20,000 nucleotides of DNA, from NCBI RefSeq assembly GCF_004010195.1, contig NC_057719.1, forward strand, positions 45,416,689 through 45,436,688, given 5' to 3'. This DNA is from Chiloscyllium plagiosum. Taxonomy: Eukaryota. This document shows, in pieces, positions 11,016 through 20,000 of this stretch (positions are counted from its first letter, which is position 1; every line of letters starts with the position of its first letter). A program made the position numbers and the translations under genes. Below the pieces are notes generated by a model, which did not search any database, had not been told where the DNA came from, and saw only the letters and a program-made list of their open reading frames with translations.

Positions 11016-11414
11016 AAATTGTAGGAGTAGCCTGAATACGAATGGCTTGTGTTACAAGACTGAAAGATGCGCCTAGCTGGCTGATGGAAGTGACAAACAA
11101 TTGAACAATAATCAAGAAGCTCAATTACCTTTATTTAACCCTAGGCTTTTGCAATGTTTTCTGGCTAGATTCACAGACATGATCCAGGCCAACAGTACAC
11201 ACCAGTCCAGGAATTTCCAGTCGCAAATGAGGTGAGCGGTGGTTTTCTATTGGGATGGCCAGAACCGTACTGAACCATGATGCAAGTTACAGGTAAAACA
11301 AATTATATTCAGTGTCCTCGTGATCCCAAATGCTGTATGCCAGCCCTGATAGGGTTGATTGGAACCAGGAGACCCACTGGGGGCAGAACCTACCTCACCT
11401 ATCCGATGACCATG

Positions 11415-11850
11415 GCTAGACAATCTTTTCCCGAGGGGATCCTGAAAATGGGGACAGGCAGGCCCAGCATTTCACCTTTGAGACTGGCAACAAGACGTCA
11501 AAAAAAACCCAGGGGCAAAATGCTGGCCCTTGCTTTAACTGTTGAAATGTGGCCAATGGGGAGTAATGTGTCTTTAATGTTAGCTCGGAGCTGACATTGG
11601 GAATCGACAGGCTTTCATCCTATCAAAAGGAAAATCTACTAATATACACTGACTCTTCATTGTGCTTTTAATATGATCCACGATTTTGGAGCCTTGTGGG
11701 AACATTGAAGATTTTTAACTCCCAAGATGGGGCAGCGTTATAGTAATGTTATTTTGTCCAATCAATCTGACAGTTAGCCAGATATCTGGCTCATGCTGAT
11801 GAAACTGATACTGTAATGGGCAAGTATATGCAGCTGCCAAGCAGGCAGCC
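11415..11850 (+). pseudogene. pol: Retroviral RNase H domain remnant
   Basis: IYTDS at 11642-11656; after a frameshift AFNMIHDFGALWEH*RFLT (compare class I retroviral IYTDSRYAFG.VHDFG.LW..RGFLT); then AHAD (~11790) and AAAKQAA at 11830-11850 (compare ADxAAKxAA). Confidence 0.8.
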
Positions 11851-12654
11851 ATACGCCCCAAACTTCTGATCCCATTGGGTCCCCAGCAAAACCTGTTTAG
11901 ACACAGTATAAGGATGGGTATGCCAGACCTGGATAAGGTGCAAAAATCACGGAGGAGTTATATTGTCTGTAAAGTGCCAATTCACAATGTAAACGTTGAT
12001 TTCTCTATTGCTTACTGACTGTAATCGTATGGGTTTAGTGTTTGAATTGTTTTCAATATTGTTTTGAAATTTGGAAGTAATTTGTAAATTTCCATTTCTG
12101 AAATAATTATAGGCACTTTATACTACAATATACCACTGACTGAATTATCAAGTGATTTGATTTCATACATGGACGCTAAGCCTAAATATCAATACTTTAT
12201 GTATGGAGCTTGTAAGAATACACACTGGTTGATTTGATTTATTTTTGGATTGTGCTGTTGGATCTAAGGAGGAGTGTCTGGCTAAGCTAAAATCTTCACT
12301 TAGATATTTAATACTGAACAGTGATGGTTTATAATTTTAAAATCGTACCAATATCTAAATTCTAGGGTTAGCTCAATATTAGAAAAATTTCAGCTTTGTG
12401 TCATGTTACCATAATTTGGGGACAGCATTGCCCTCCAGCCAATATTTATTACCAACTTTTCTGCTCAAAATCATCATCAGATTTCTACACTTAATTCTAA
12501 TTACTGTTAACTAAAACTGTAGATCGGGCCATTTAATTGGGCACAATGTTAATGTGTTTTTAAAAACGAGAATACAATATATTGTAGAACTGATCTAAAT
12601 TTCAGATAATATAGATTTTGTTTAGTAGCAAACCCACAAAGTGTATTATCTCCC

Positions 12655-12905
12655 AGCAAAGCTGGATTTATAAAAATAGGTTTGCTTAATTCACCCAGGC
12701 CTGGGCTTTTCCATATAAAATAAGAAAATAATGGGAAGGAAGGGAATCTCTAGTGCATAATTTAAAATAAACGAGCTTTTTGCCAGCAGGGGCAATATAT
12801 TTACTCCAGTGGGCTATTTGAGTTTGATTAATTTGAGAGTTATTTATTTCAAAATTGCTTTTAGGGTTTCTAGCCTGCTGAAGAGCAAAGATTATGGCCT
12901 CAAAT
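12655..12905 (+). pseudogene. pol: Possible very decayed integrase core
   Basis: FTQAWAFP (compare FSRWVEAFP), SRGNIFT (compare DNGTHFT) and SSLLKSKDYGLK (compare SSG.VER.N.TLK) occur in the correct order between RNase H and env. The catalytic residues are not preserved. Confidence 0.3.
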
Positions 12906-13039
12906 AAGGTAAACCCACAATACTCAGACCAGAATATGGGTGACCTCTACCAGATTAGCTTGTGTTACTTCTTTGCTGCTGCCTATTTTAACTGACTATA
13001 TATATATATTGTATACACTTATATACAAGGAGGAAATGG

Positions 13040-14884
13040 TGTATACTTTATTACAATGGACATTTCGTGGTCTCTAACCTTGCAAGGGGGAAGATGACAA
13101 AGATTGAACTTGACCTGCTGTGTGGACTTGCCATTGCCAGCATTGGTGCACAAGAAGGGACAGTTTACCTGTGCGATCCTGAGCAAACAGAACTGCATAC
13201 CAACTATGCCAGGAAGATGTCCTTTTGTGCCGAAAGATTGAATGTTGCCAAGAATGACTTTTGCAGTGGTCAACTGCATAAAAAATTAACAGTTCATTGA
13301 CAGAACAAGTCTAAATGATCTTTACCATGTAAAGGTGTTGTGTGTCAGTTTGATTACATTTGTACTATGGGCATCCCTGATAAGCCTTATCCCCTTTCAG
13401 ATAGGTCACGTAGTAAAAGAGACAAAGGGGGGATGTTTCTAGAAACCTATAATAAAATGTTTGGAGAGGATGAAGTAATTTGTTACACCCTTACTTCAGT
13501 AAGAGACTCCCTGACCCCTTTTATCCTTCCAAATCCTAATATGGGGGTATGGAATAGTACTAAAGTATTTATAGGACATAATGTCTCTTTTTAGTTATTA
13601 CCTATCCCCACCTGCTACTTGTTTATGGACTTCCTCCAATAAATCTACAATATCCTATCCAAATTACTACAAGGGTAAGGGATGGGGGTGCGCTTATGCA
13701 AGAGTGCCTAATTTTTTTTTCCCTGTGCTATGATTAAATGTATTAGTCGCCACTGCTTTTCTGAAGGACCTTGCATCTCATTTGTATGCCTTAACGAAAA
13801 CAGTATCCCTAATATCTCTAGAATTCAAACTCTATGTGGAAAGGGTAACGACACCCACTTTCATTATGATACCCCTAACGGCACTAATGTTTTCCCAGTT
13901 ATTGGAGGGGTAGAACCATTTTGGGATGTTGACCATGTTTCTTATCAAGAAACTCACCTCAGCAGGTCAACACCCAGGGCCAAATTATGTAATCATGGAT
14001 TATCCACATACCCCAGGAAATCACAAATTTAGGCCTGTATCTTACTGGGAAGATCCCTCTATAGCCTATGCTAAATCTGAATTTTTTTTTCAGTTATAAT
14101 AAGGCAGCTAACTACCTTGTCCTGAATAGAGCAAGTAATCCTCATGCCGTAGCTATAGGAACATTATTTCCAACTGTTCCCTGTCCAATTACCTGGCAAT
14201 GAAATCATAATTCCCCTTTTAAACATACAGTTTCTCCTGACTTCTGTGCAGAATGGAAGAATCCAAAGACCATATCAAGAAGTAAAACACACTCATTGGC
14301 ATATGCAGCTCTTAGTATTCTTTCATTAGGAGAGTCCTTAAGAATTATTCGTCATCAAAACCATAATTATCTCATTTGTGGACTCACAATTTTGGGAAAT
14401 GAGACAACTGCTGCCTTAATAGAAATCAGGGACATGCTTTCAGAATTTCGCCTATTTGCTCAACAAAACCGATTACATACTTGCAAAGGAAGGTGCATTT
14501 TGCACTATAGTTAAAGGAAAATGCATTATGAGGGTCACTGAACTTTTCAAAAACATTACGAGACATATTGATAATATTTGCACTTTTGTCAACCAAATGA
14601 ACGAAGGTGCGGGATGGGAAGATTGAGGTTTTGGCTCATGGTACAACTGATTAATTAATATGGTTTTGTATGGTGCTATTGTTTTAATTGGTCTTTTTGT
14701 TGATATTGTTATAGTTAAGAGTATTATTGCTAAAATATTAACTTCTATTGACAATATTGGTTCCATCCAGAAATTGCTTCTTCTTTACTTAAATCATGAT
14801 GAGGAAACATCATTGGCTGCCCTTGATTCCCCTTTGGAGGAAGAGGAAGTACGGCAGTCTTTTGCTGCCATTGAATTGGATTAA
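13040..14884 (+). pseudogene. env: Retroviral env pseudogene with a filovirus-GP2-like TM subunit
   Basis: Successive + ORFs (13067, 13340, 13730, 14296, 14660) are rich in Cys and N-glycosylation sequons. Furin motif RSRSKR at 13403-13420. The TM ectodomain reads LICGLTILGNETTAAL..QQNR/DYILAKEGAFCTIVKGKC..KNITRHIDNI, followed by a Trp-rich membrane-proximal region, the hydrophobic helix MVLYGAIVLIGLFVDIVIV, an acidic tail and a stop at 14882-14884. The start is approximate. Confidence 0.9.
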
Positions 14885-14929
14885 TTTGATCCATGCCTTT
14901 ATGGTGTGGTCATAGAGTGACCAAAGGAA

Positions 14930-15679
14930 TGAGGATCCAAAATTTGAATTTAGGCAATAAAAATATGTAGATTTTTATTATAACAAAATGGTTTCTCGAT
15001 TTAAAGGAATACTATATGGGTGGCACAGTGGTTAGCACTGCTTCCTCACAGCGCCAGAGACCCGGGTTCAATTCCTGCCTCAGGTGACTCTCTGTGTGGA
15101 GTTTGCACATTCTCCCCGTGTCTGCGAGGGTTTCCTCCGGGTGCTCCGATTTCCTCCCACAGTCCAAAAATGTGCGGGTTAGGTGAATTGGCCATGCTAA
15201 ATTGCCCGTAGTGTTAGGTGTAGGGAAATGGGTCTGGGTGGATTGCGCTTCGGCGGGTCGGTGTGGACTTGATGGGCTGAAGGGCCTGTTTCCACACTGT
15301 AAGTAATCTAATCTATAAAATGGCCTGAGAACCATACTGCTGATTTGCAGAATAAAGTTGCAGTTCAAAGAAAGAGGACAGTAGAGTTTTCATAAGATGA
15401 ATACTGACACATTAATTGACTATTTGAACTAACCTTGAACTGATACATAGCATGACAATTTATGTAAATTATGTAAAGAAAATACCACTGGATTAGCCTC
15501 AACTGCGCAATTTCACCATGGAACACAGAAGCTTCAATCGCTGTGTTGCTGGATAGAATTGTGTCAAGGTACCTTAATTCAATAAACTAATGACCCTTGC
15601 TTTTTGAATAGACCGCATTTGTCGATTCTTTTGACCAATCTCGAACCAAGAGGCCCCTCTTGAGGGGTCGAGATCTTCA
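14930..15679 (+). mobile_element. 3' LTR of the ERV (~450 bp excluding the inserted SINE)
   Basis: Follows the env stop and a short purine tract (AAAGGAA). It starts TGAGGAT and ends ATCTTCA (inverted termini, 6/7 match), has AATAAA at 15581-15586, and switches abruptly to CR1 sequence at 15680. Confidence 0.75.
15018..15313 (+). mobile_element. HE1-type SINE inserted in the LTR
   Basis: TGGCACAGTGG A box, GGTTCAATTCC B box, TAATC tail, and a possible CTATA target duplication. Confidence 0.92.
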
Positions 15680-15857
15680 GAGGCTGGTACAATTACAACA
15701 CTTAAAGTGCAACTGGATGGGTACATGAATAGGATGGGTTTAGAGGTGTATAGGCCAAATGCTGACAAATAGGACTAGATTAATTTAGGATATCTGGTCG
15801 GCATGGACAAATTGGATTGAAGACTCTGTTTCCGTGCTGTACAACTTTATGACCCTA
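15680..15857 (+). mobile_element. CR1 3' end, duplicating 7105-7255 and continuing to the natural tail
   Basis: Near-identical to 7105-7255, then continues CGTGCTGTACAACTTTATGACCCTA, a CR1-type tail. Confidence 0.88.
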
Positions 15858-16865
15858 ATTCGATTTCCCAGTTTGACAACTTCACAAAATAATGTAGGGG
15901 TGGGGGTGGGGGATTTTCCCAGCTCTTCAGCAGTGTGGGCAATAGCAAGAAATTTGGAAAATTATGACAAGATTGAAGATAATCTGAATCTTGACATTGA
16001 GAAAGAAAGTTCAGATTTTCCTCTTAAGATACCAATGGCAAGATCTGAATCTTGTTAATAAGTGCATTTTCATCTCATTATTAGCTAGTCTCTGCTCACT
16101 TCATACTGTTGGCAATTCTTCCCTCCTCTCTTGAAAAACTAGACAGCGATAATTCTTGATTTGAAATTCAGTGTGCTTATCTCTGGGCCTTCATTTTAAA
16201 ATCTCCTCACCAACATTTCTTGAATGCTCCATGTAAAGTGACTTCACCCACTCTTCATCCACCGCTGTCGACATCAGCGAACCCATGGTCTCACAATGTG
16301 CAATGATTCCTCTAAACTACATAACTGCACAGTTGCTCTGTGGGTGCATGCACCTGATCAACTTGCTGATGCCATGCCGATGCATTCACTTCCAGTTTCC
16401 CCAACCACTGTCACAAATGGAACTTGGAGGTCTGTGCAGTGGATAAAGAAATTAGATGGAATGTTGATCATGAATGATCTAGTGTCACTCAGAAACCTCG
16501 TCAGCCCTCCGGGACTTCACTTTGGAGCAGTGGGACATCCTTGACATGCATGTTCCTGTCAGGTCACTTTGTGTATAGGGATACACACAGCCATTTCTAA
16601 GCAATGTACCTTATGGCTCCTGGTTTCATTCCTTAGTGCTCACTCATTTTGCACTTTCTTGGAGGCTTGAAGCCTCCATGACTTGCATAACCTTTTAACC
16701 AGAGGACAGGAACCAGAGGATTGGTAGTTGTGGAGGATGAGATGGGTGAAAGCCATTGAGTGGAGATGCTGCATTCAGTAGTGGCGTTAATAATATATAT
16801 GTTAATGAGGATTGTGCACAGTGGCAGAGTCTGAGGGAAGGTGAGATAGCAGGAAGAATTGGCAC

Positions 16866-17090
16866 TTAACCTTGTTGGGTGCAAAAGATCATTGACCCCT
16901 TTCCTGCACTGCTGTGCATTCAATCTGACCCTTGAAGCGCCACTGTCTGCTATCAGTGACAAGGCCAACTGTGTTTGATGCTTTGGCTTCCTCTGATAGG
17001 CCACAAGTCAGATGATGGCCCTCCTCTTGAAGACCATTTGACAAGGGCCTTCAGATCCCTATCTGGAAAATGGGATGTCAGCTTTCACTT
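16866..17090 (-). mobile_element. Myb/SANT-like DNA-binding ORF remnant, probably from a PIF/Harbinger transposon
   Basis: The minus strand reads SHFPDRDLKALV, then after a frameshift VFKRRAII*LVAYQRKPKHQTQLALSLIA...RVRLNAQQCRKGVNDLLH, resembling F...L.ALV...RR..L...W..IA...R...QCRK..NDL. Element boundaries are not resolved. Confidence 0.6.
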
Positions 17091-17334
17091 CTGAGATATT
17101 TTGGTCTTCTAAGAGGCCAGTGTGTGTGAAGTAGTTCCTAGTTTGTAGCATCTGGGTTTTAAGCGTGGCACCAGTGGATTGTACTTTGGAAGGTCTTGGC
17201 AGCAGTAGGAATTTTGCTTCTCCAGCTCATAGTACCGAAAACTTTTAAAGTTTGGAGGTGCCGGTGTTGGACTGGGGTGTACAAAGTTAAAAATCACACA
17301 ACACCAGGTTATAGCCCAACAAATTTATTTGGAA

Positions 17335-17372
17335 GCACTAGTTTTCGGAGCACTGCTCCTTCATCAGGTGGT
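17335..17372 (-). ncRNA. Minimal hammerhead ribozyme motif of the Penelope pLTR
   Basis: The minus strand reads CAC-CTGATGA-A-GGAGC-AGT-GCTCC-GAAA-ACTAGTG: an intact CUGAUGA/GAAA core with a 5-bp stem II. Confidence 0.65.
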
Positions 17373-17761
17373 TGTGGAGTATAAGATTGTAGGACACAGA
17401 ATTTGTAGGAAAAGTTTACAATGTGATGTAACTGAAGTTATGTATTGAAAAAGAGCTGGATTGGATTGTTTGTTTTAGTCTCTCATTTTTTAGAATGGGT
17501 GTGTTGGCTTCAGTTCTTTCATATGTAAATCCTAGAACTTTTTTAAAGTTACATTCTCAAGTGAACTTTAATAATAGGTGCCATGTCGGCCCAGATAATG
17601 CATTGAAGGTGTGAGGTGCCCTGTGTGAGACTGTCTGTGCCACAATGGTCAGACTGATTCTAATCTAAAAAAGGGATTTACAAAATCTTACATGGATTCA
17701 TGCAGTTTTTGAGCAAAGCAAAATGTAATTCTGCAAATACAAATTCACCCCACAAACTTAT

Positions 17762-17915
17762 AGGTGTGTGTGCACGTGGGGGTGTGTGTGTATGTGAATG
17801 TGTGAGTGTGGGACTGGATATGAGTGTCTGTGAGAGAGTGTGTGTATATGTATGTGAGAGGGTGCATGTGTGAGTGTGGGAGTGTATGTGTGAGCATATG
17901 AGAGAGAGATTGTGT
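17762..17915. repeat. Degenerate (TG)/(GA) low-complexity tract within the Penelope element
   Basis: GTGTGTGTGCACGTGGGGGTGTGTGTGTATGTGAATGTGTGAGTGTG... Confidence 0.85.
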
Positions 17916-18829
17916 ATGACAGCTGAAGTGTTCTTCGACTGGGAGGAAAAATTCCAGTCTGTTGATTGGTGTGCAGTGTCCATTCATCCATTGCTGTAGC
18001 CTCTGCTCAGTCTCACCAGTGTGCCATGCCTCAGGGCATCCTTGCCTGCAGTGTATCAGATAGACAATGTTGGCTGAGTCACGTGATTACCTGCCATGTA
18101 CTTTCAAGGTGACTGCTGAGTGCTGGCTTATGATTATGTGATCTTCTGTTAGGATATAAATCTACATCATGCATGACTCCACACAATTTAAATGCAAATG
18201 ATTGTCCTTTGTGTGGGGACATAATTATACAAAAGCTTTGCTTATCGTTGGATGAAATATGTGATAAACAATGATCCAACTTAATGTTTGGACACAAATT
18301 TCGAACTGAACACTGAAAGAAGGTATGCTGTCTGTGTGGATATCCTCATGGTGTAATGTTATCATCAGTGACAGATGAGGAGCACCAGATGTGCCAGCAA
18401 ACCTAGGACTAGCACCCAGTCATGAAGATGTTGCCCCTGATGCTCCCCTCAGCAAATGCAGGAGGTACAGGATGCCCAGAGTCTATTTTCCTCAATGTCA
18501 TTTCCTGCAAATAAGCAAGTCACAGAAATTGCTGCAAATTGTGGATATCCTGGAATACTGGCACTGACACAGAATATGGCAACTGATACAGCAGGCCCTG
18601 CAAGCTGAGGGAGCAATGGCAATCCTATTCTGGTGGCTGTTAAAGGGATAGCTGTTCTAAACTTTTATGCACCTAGCTGCTTTAAAAAATCCACTGGGGA
18701 CTTGTGTGGAATCTCATAGCCCTTGACACAAATGTATCAGGGCTACTACTGATGGAATTTGTGCCAGATCACACAATAGCACTGCATTTCCTGTGATACT
18801 GCTACAGCCTGGGCAGTAGGTCCCAGTGG

Positions 18830-19255
18830 ACTGAGAAAGAAAGAAGGGAAACAGAAAGCAGCAAACTTAACACCTGTCATTACGAAAATGCTACAATCCA
18901 TTATCTTCAGAGATGTGCAGGTTAGTTATGGGAAGTGCAGGGTTTCGGGGTGGGGGCAGGGTGGGGGGAGGGGCTTGGATGCTCTTCAGAGGGCCATCTG
19001 GGCTCGATGAACAAATGGCCTGCTTCCACACTGCGGGATTCTATGATTCTCTGATTATTAATGAAGCATTAAAATGTCACTTAGAAAATCATAATACAAT
19101 TAAACAGAGTTTATATGATCTTATGAAAAGGGAATTAAGTTTTACAAATTTGTTAGGATTCTTGGCGGATGTACAAGTAGGGTGGATAATGGGACAGCAA
19201 TAAATGTAATGCACTTGAATTTCTGAAAGCGTTCAATAATGTCCTGTACAAAAGG
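18830..19255 (+). mobile_element. Old CR1 RT fragment, split by a SINE piece
   Basis: LTPVITKMLQSII|NEALKCHLENHNTIKQSLYDLMKRELSFTNLLGFLADV...HLNF*KAFNNV matches the CR1 pattern LTSV.GK.LESII...SQHGF.KG.SCLTNLL.F...LDFQKAFDKV. Confidence 0.75.
18906..19057 (+). mobile_element. 5'-truncated, diverged HE1-related SINE 3' part
   Basis: AGATGTGCAGGTTAG...GATGCTCTTCAGAGGG...AAATGGCCTGCTTCCACACTG followed by a (GATTCTAT)-type tail, with ATTAT on both flanks. Confidence 0.65.
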
Positions 19256-19489
19256 TAAAATAGGAGAAACAGAAGATAAGAGTTCAGGTAATAAGTGTAG
19301 GATTAACCTTTTGATTTTTGTTACAGTGTCCCACCAGGAACTGTCTAATCCACTTTTTAAAATATTAAATGTATAGTAAGGAGTATAGTAAGTAGTAAAG
19401 CAATAGTTTACCCACCCATTAGCTAGTAGCGATTGATTCTGCAGAATGTTAAACACGGATTTTTTTTTCCTTTTCTCTATCATAGAATT

Positions 19490-19650
19490 TGGATATGTCT
19501 TACAAGGGTAGTATTTGTGGCCCATCTCTAATTGCAGTCAAATGACTAGCTTGCCAGGCCATTTCAGAGGATGATTAAGAGTTAAGCACATTACCATGGA
19601 GCTGAATGATATAGAGGTCAGACCAGATAAGGATGTCAGATTTCCTTCCT
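19490..19650 (-). mobile_element. Diverged fragment of another shark SINE-type repeat (3' part)
   Basis: GCCCATCTCTAATTGC...GGCCATTTCAGAGG..TTAAGAGT...CAGACCAGATAAGGATGTCAGATTTCCTTCC resembles, from memory, a common chondrichthyan SINE tail. The family is not assigned. Confidence 0.45.
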
Positions 19651-19766
19651 CTCACCAACTTTCCATTTCCAGCTTTGCTTCTTTCCCTTCTGAAACCAAA
19701 CTCAGGTTCCCATGCCCCTGTCAAACTTTTAAATCCTCAGCAACAGCACTTGTAAGGCTCACTGTG

Positions 19767-20000
19767 ATGAAAATAGCCTTTGCAGTGATATGTACTTCTT
19801 GTCAGATGTGGGAGTTTAAAGAGAGTTTAAGGGTTACTGTGGATTATATCTGCCATAAATGCTGTTGGATGCGAATCTTATCAGATTGAGTGGATCGGTT
19901 GGAAAGACAAATAGAAGCGATGAGGAATTTGCAACAGCAACGGTATGTGATGGATGGCAGTTATAGGAAGGGGGAAAGTCTCAGATACAGTCACATAGGT
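19767..20000 (+). mobile_element. 5' part of a CR1 LINE: ORF1 zinc finger/leucine zipper, running off the window
   Basis: MKIAFAVICTSCQMWEF...DYICHKCCWMRILSD*VDRLERQIEAMRNLQ shows CxxC...CxxC followed by a coiled coil, typical of the CR1 ORF1p N-terminus. One in-frame TGA at 19887. Confidence 0.8.

Larger units (their letters stand above)
7257..15679 (+). mobile_element. Decayed endogenous retrovirus (leader-gag-pol-env-3'LTR; 5' LTR absent)
   Basis: Collinear, same-strand order of leader repeats, gag-like N-terminus, RT connection and RNase H motifs, env with an immunosuppressive-domain-like segment and TM helix, purine-rich tract, and a TG...CA LTR. Confidence 0.8.
17252..18101 (-). mobile_element. 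Penelope-like retroelement 3' part: GIY-YIG endonuclease remnant, CA-rich tract and pLTR with a hammerhead core
   Basis: Minus 18101-17922 translates VHGR*SRDSANIVYLIHCRQGCPEAWHTGETEQRLQQWMNGH...LPVEEHFS, the GIY-YIG pattern VY.I.C...YIGET...R...H. Possible degenerate TSD: ACTTTTAAAGT (17241-17251) and ACTTTCAAGGT (18100-18110). Confidence 0.85.

Noticed and set aside
14221..14884. Endogenous filovirus (non-retroviral EVE) glycoprotein
   Set aside because: It sits collinearly between retroviral RNase H and a TG...CA LTR and has a long cytoplasmic tail. No NP, VP35 or L sequence was seen, so the context is retroviral env.
13040..14884. Domesticated syncytin-like gene
   Set aside because: It has multiple frameshifts and in-frame stops, including in the ISD and membrane-proximal region.
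17678..17991. His/Thr-rich ORFs on the minus strand
   Set aside because: These are translations of a (CA)-rich tract. Only the first ~20 codons of ORF 17745-17987 are a real Penelope endonuclease remnant.

Overview
Repeat-dominated, non-coding vertebrate genomic DNA. The repeat families (HE1-type tRNA SINEs with TAATC tails, CR1 LINEs, Penelope elements) point to a cartilaginous fish, probably a shark; this is inference. No intact protein-coding gene is visible. The centrepiece is a decayed endogenous retrovirus on the + strand (~7257-15679). It comprises a leader tandem repeat, a gag-like N-terminus, scattered pol remnants (RT connection, RNase H, weak integrase), a near full-length but disrupted env, and one 3' LTR. 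The env transmembrane subunit aligns in register with filovirus GP2 (LICGLxxLxNETTxAL ... KNITxxIDxI, with a Cys-bounded internal fusion loop). The 5' LTR is missing; instead the provirus is bracketed by a ~150-bp direct duplication of a CR1 3' end. The rest is CR1 and Rex1/Babar LINE fragments, SINEs, Penelope-derived elements with hammerhead-ribozyme cores and long fold-back arms, pogo-type and Harbinger DNA-transposon remnants, and a CpG/NRF1-rich promoter-like patch near 3.1 kb. All family calls come from manual translation and recalled motifs, not database searches.
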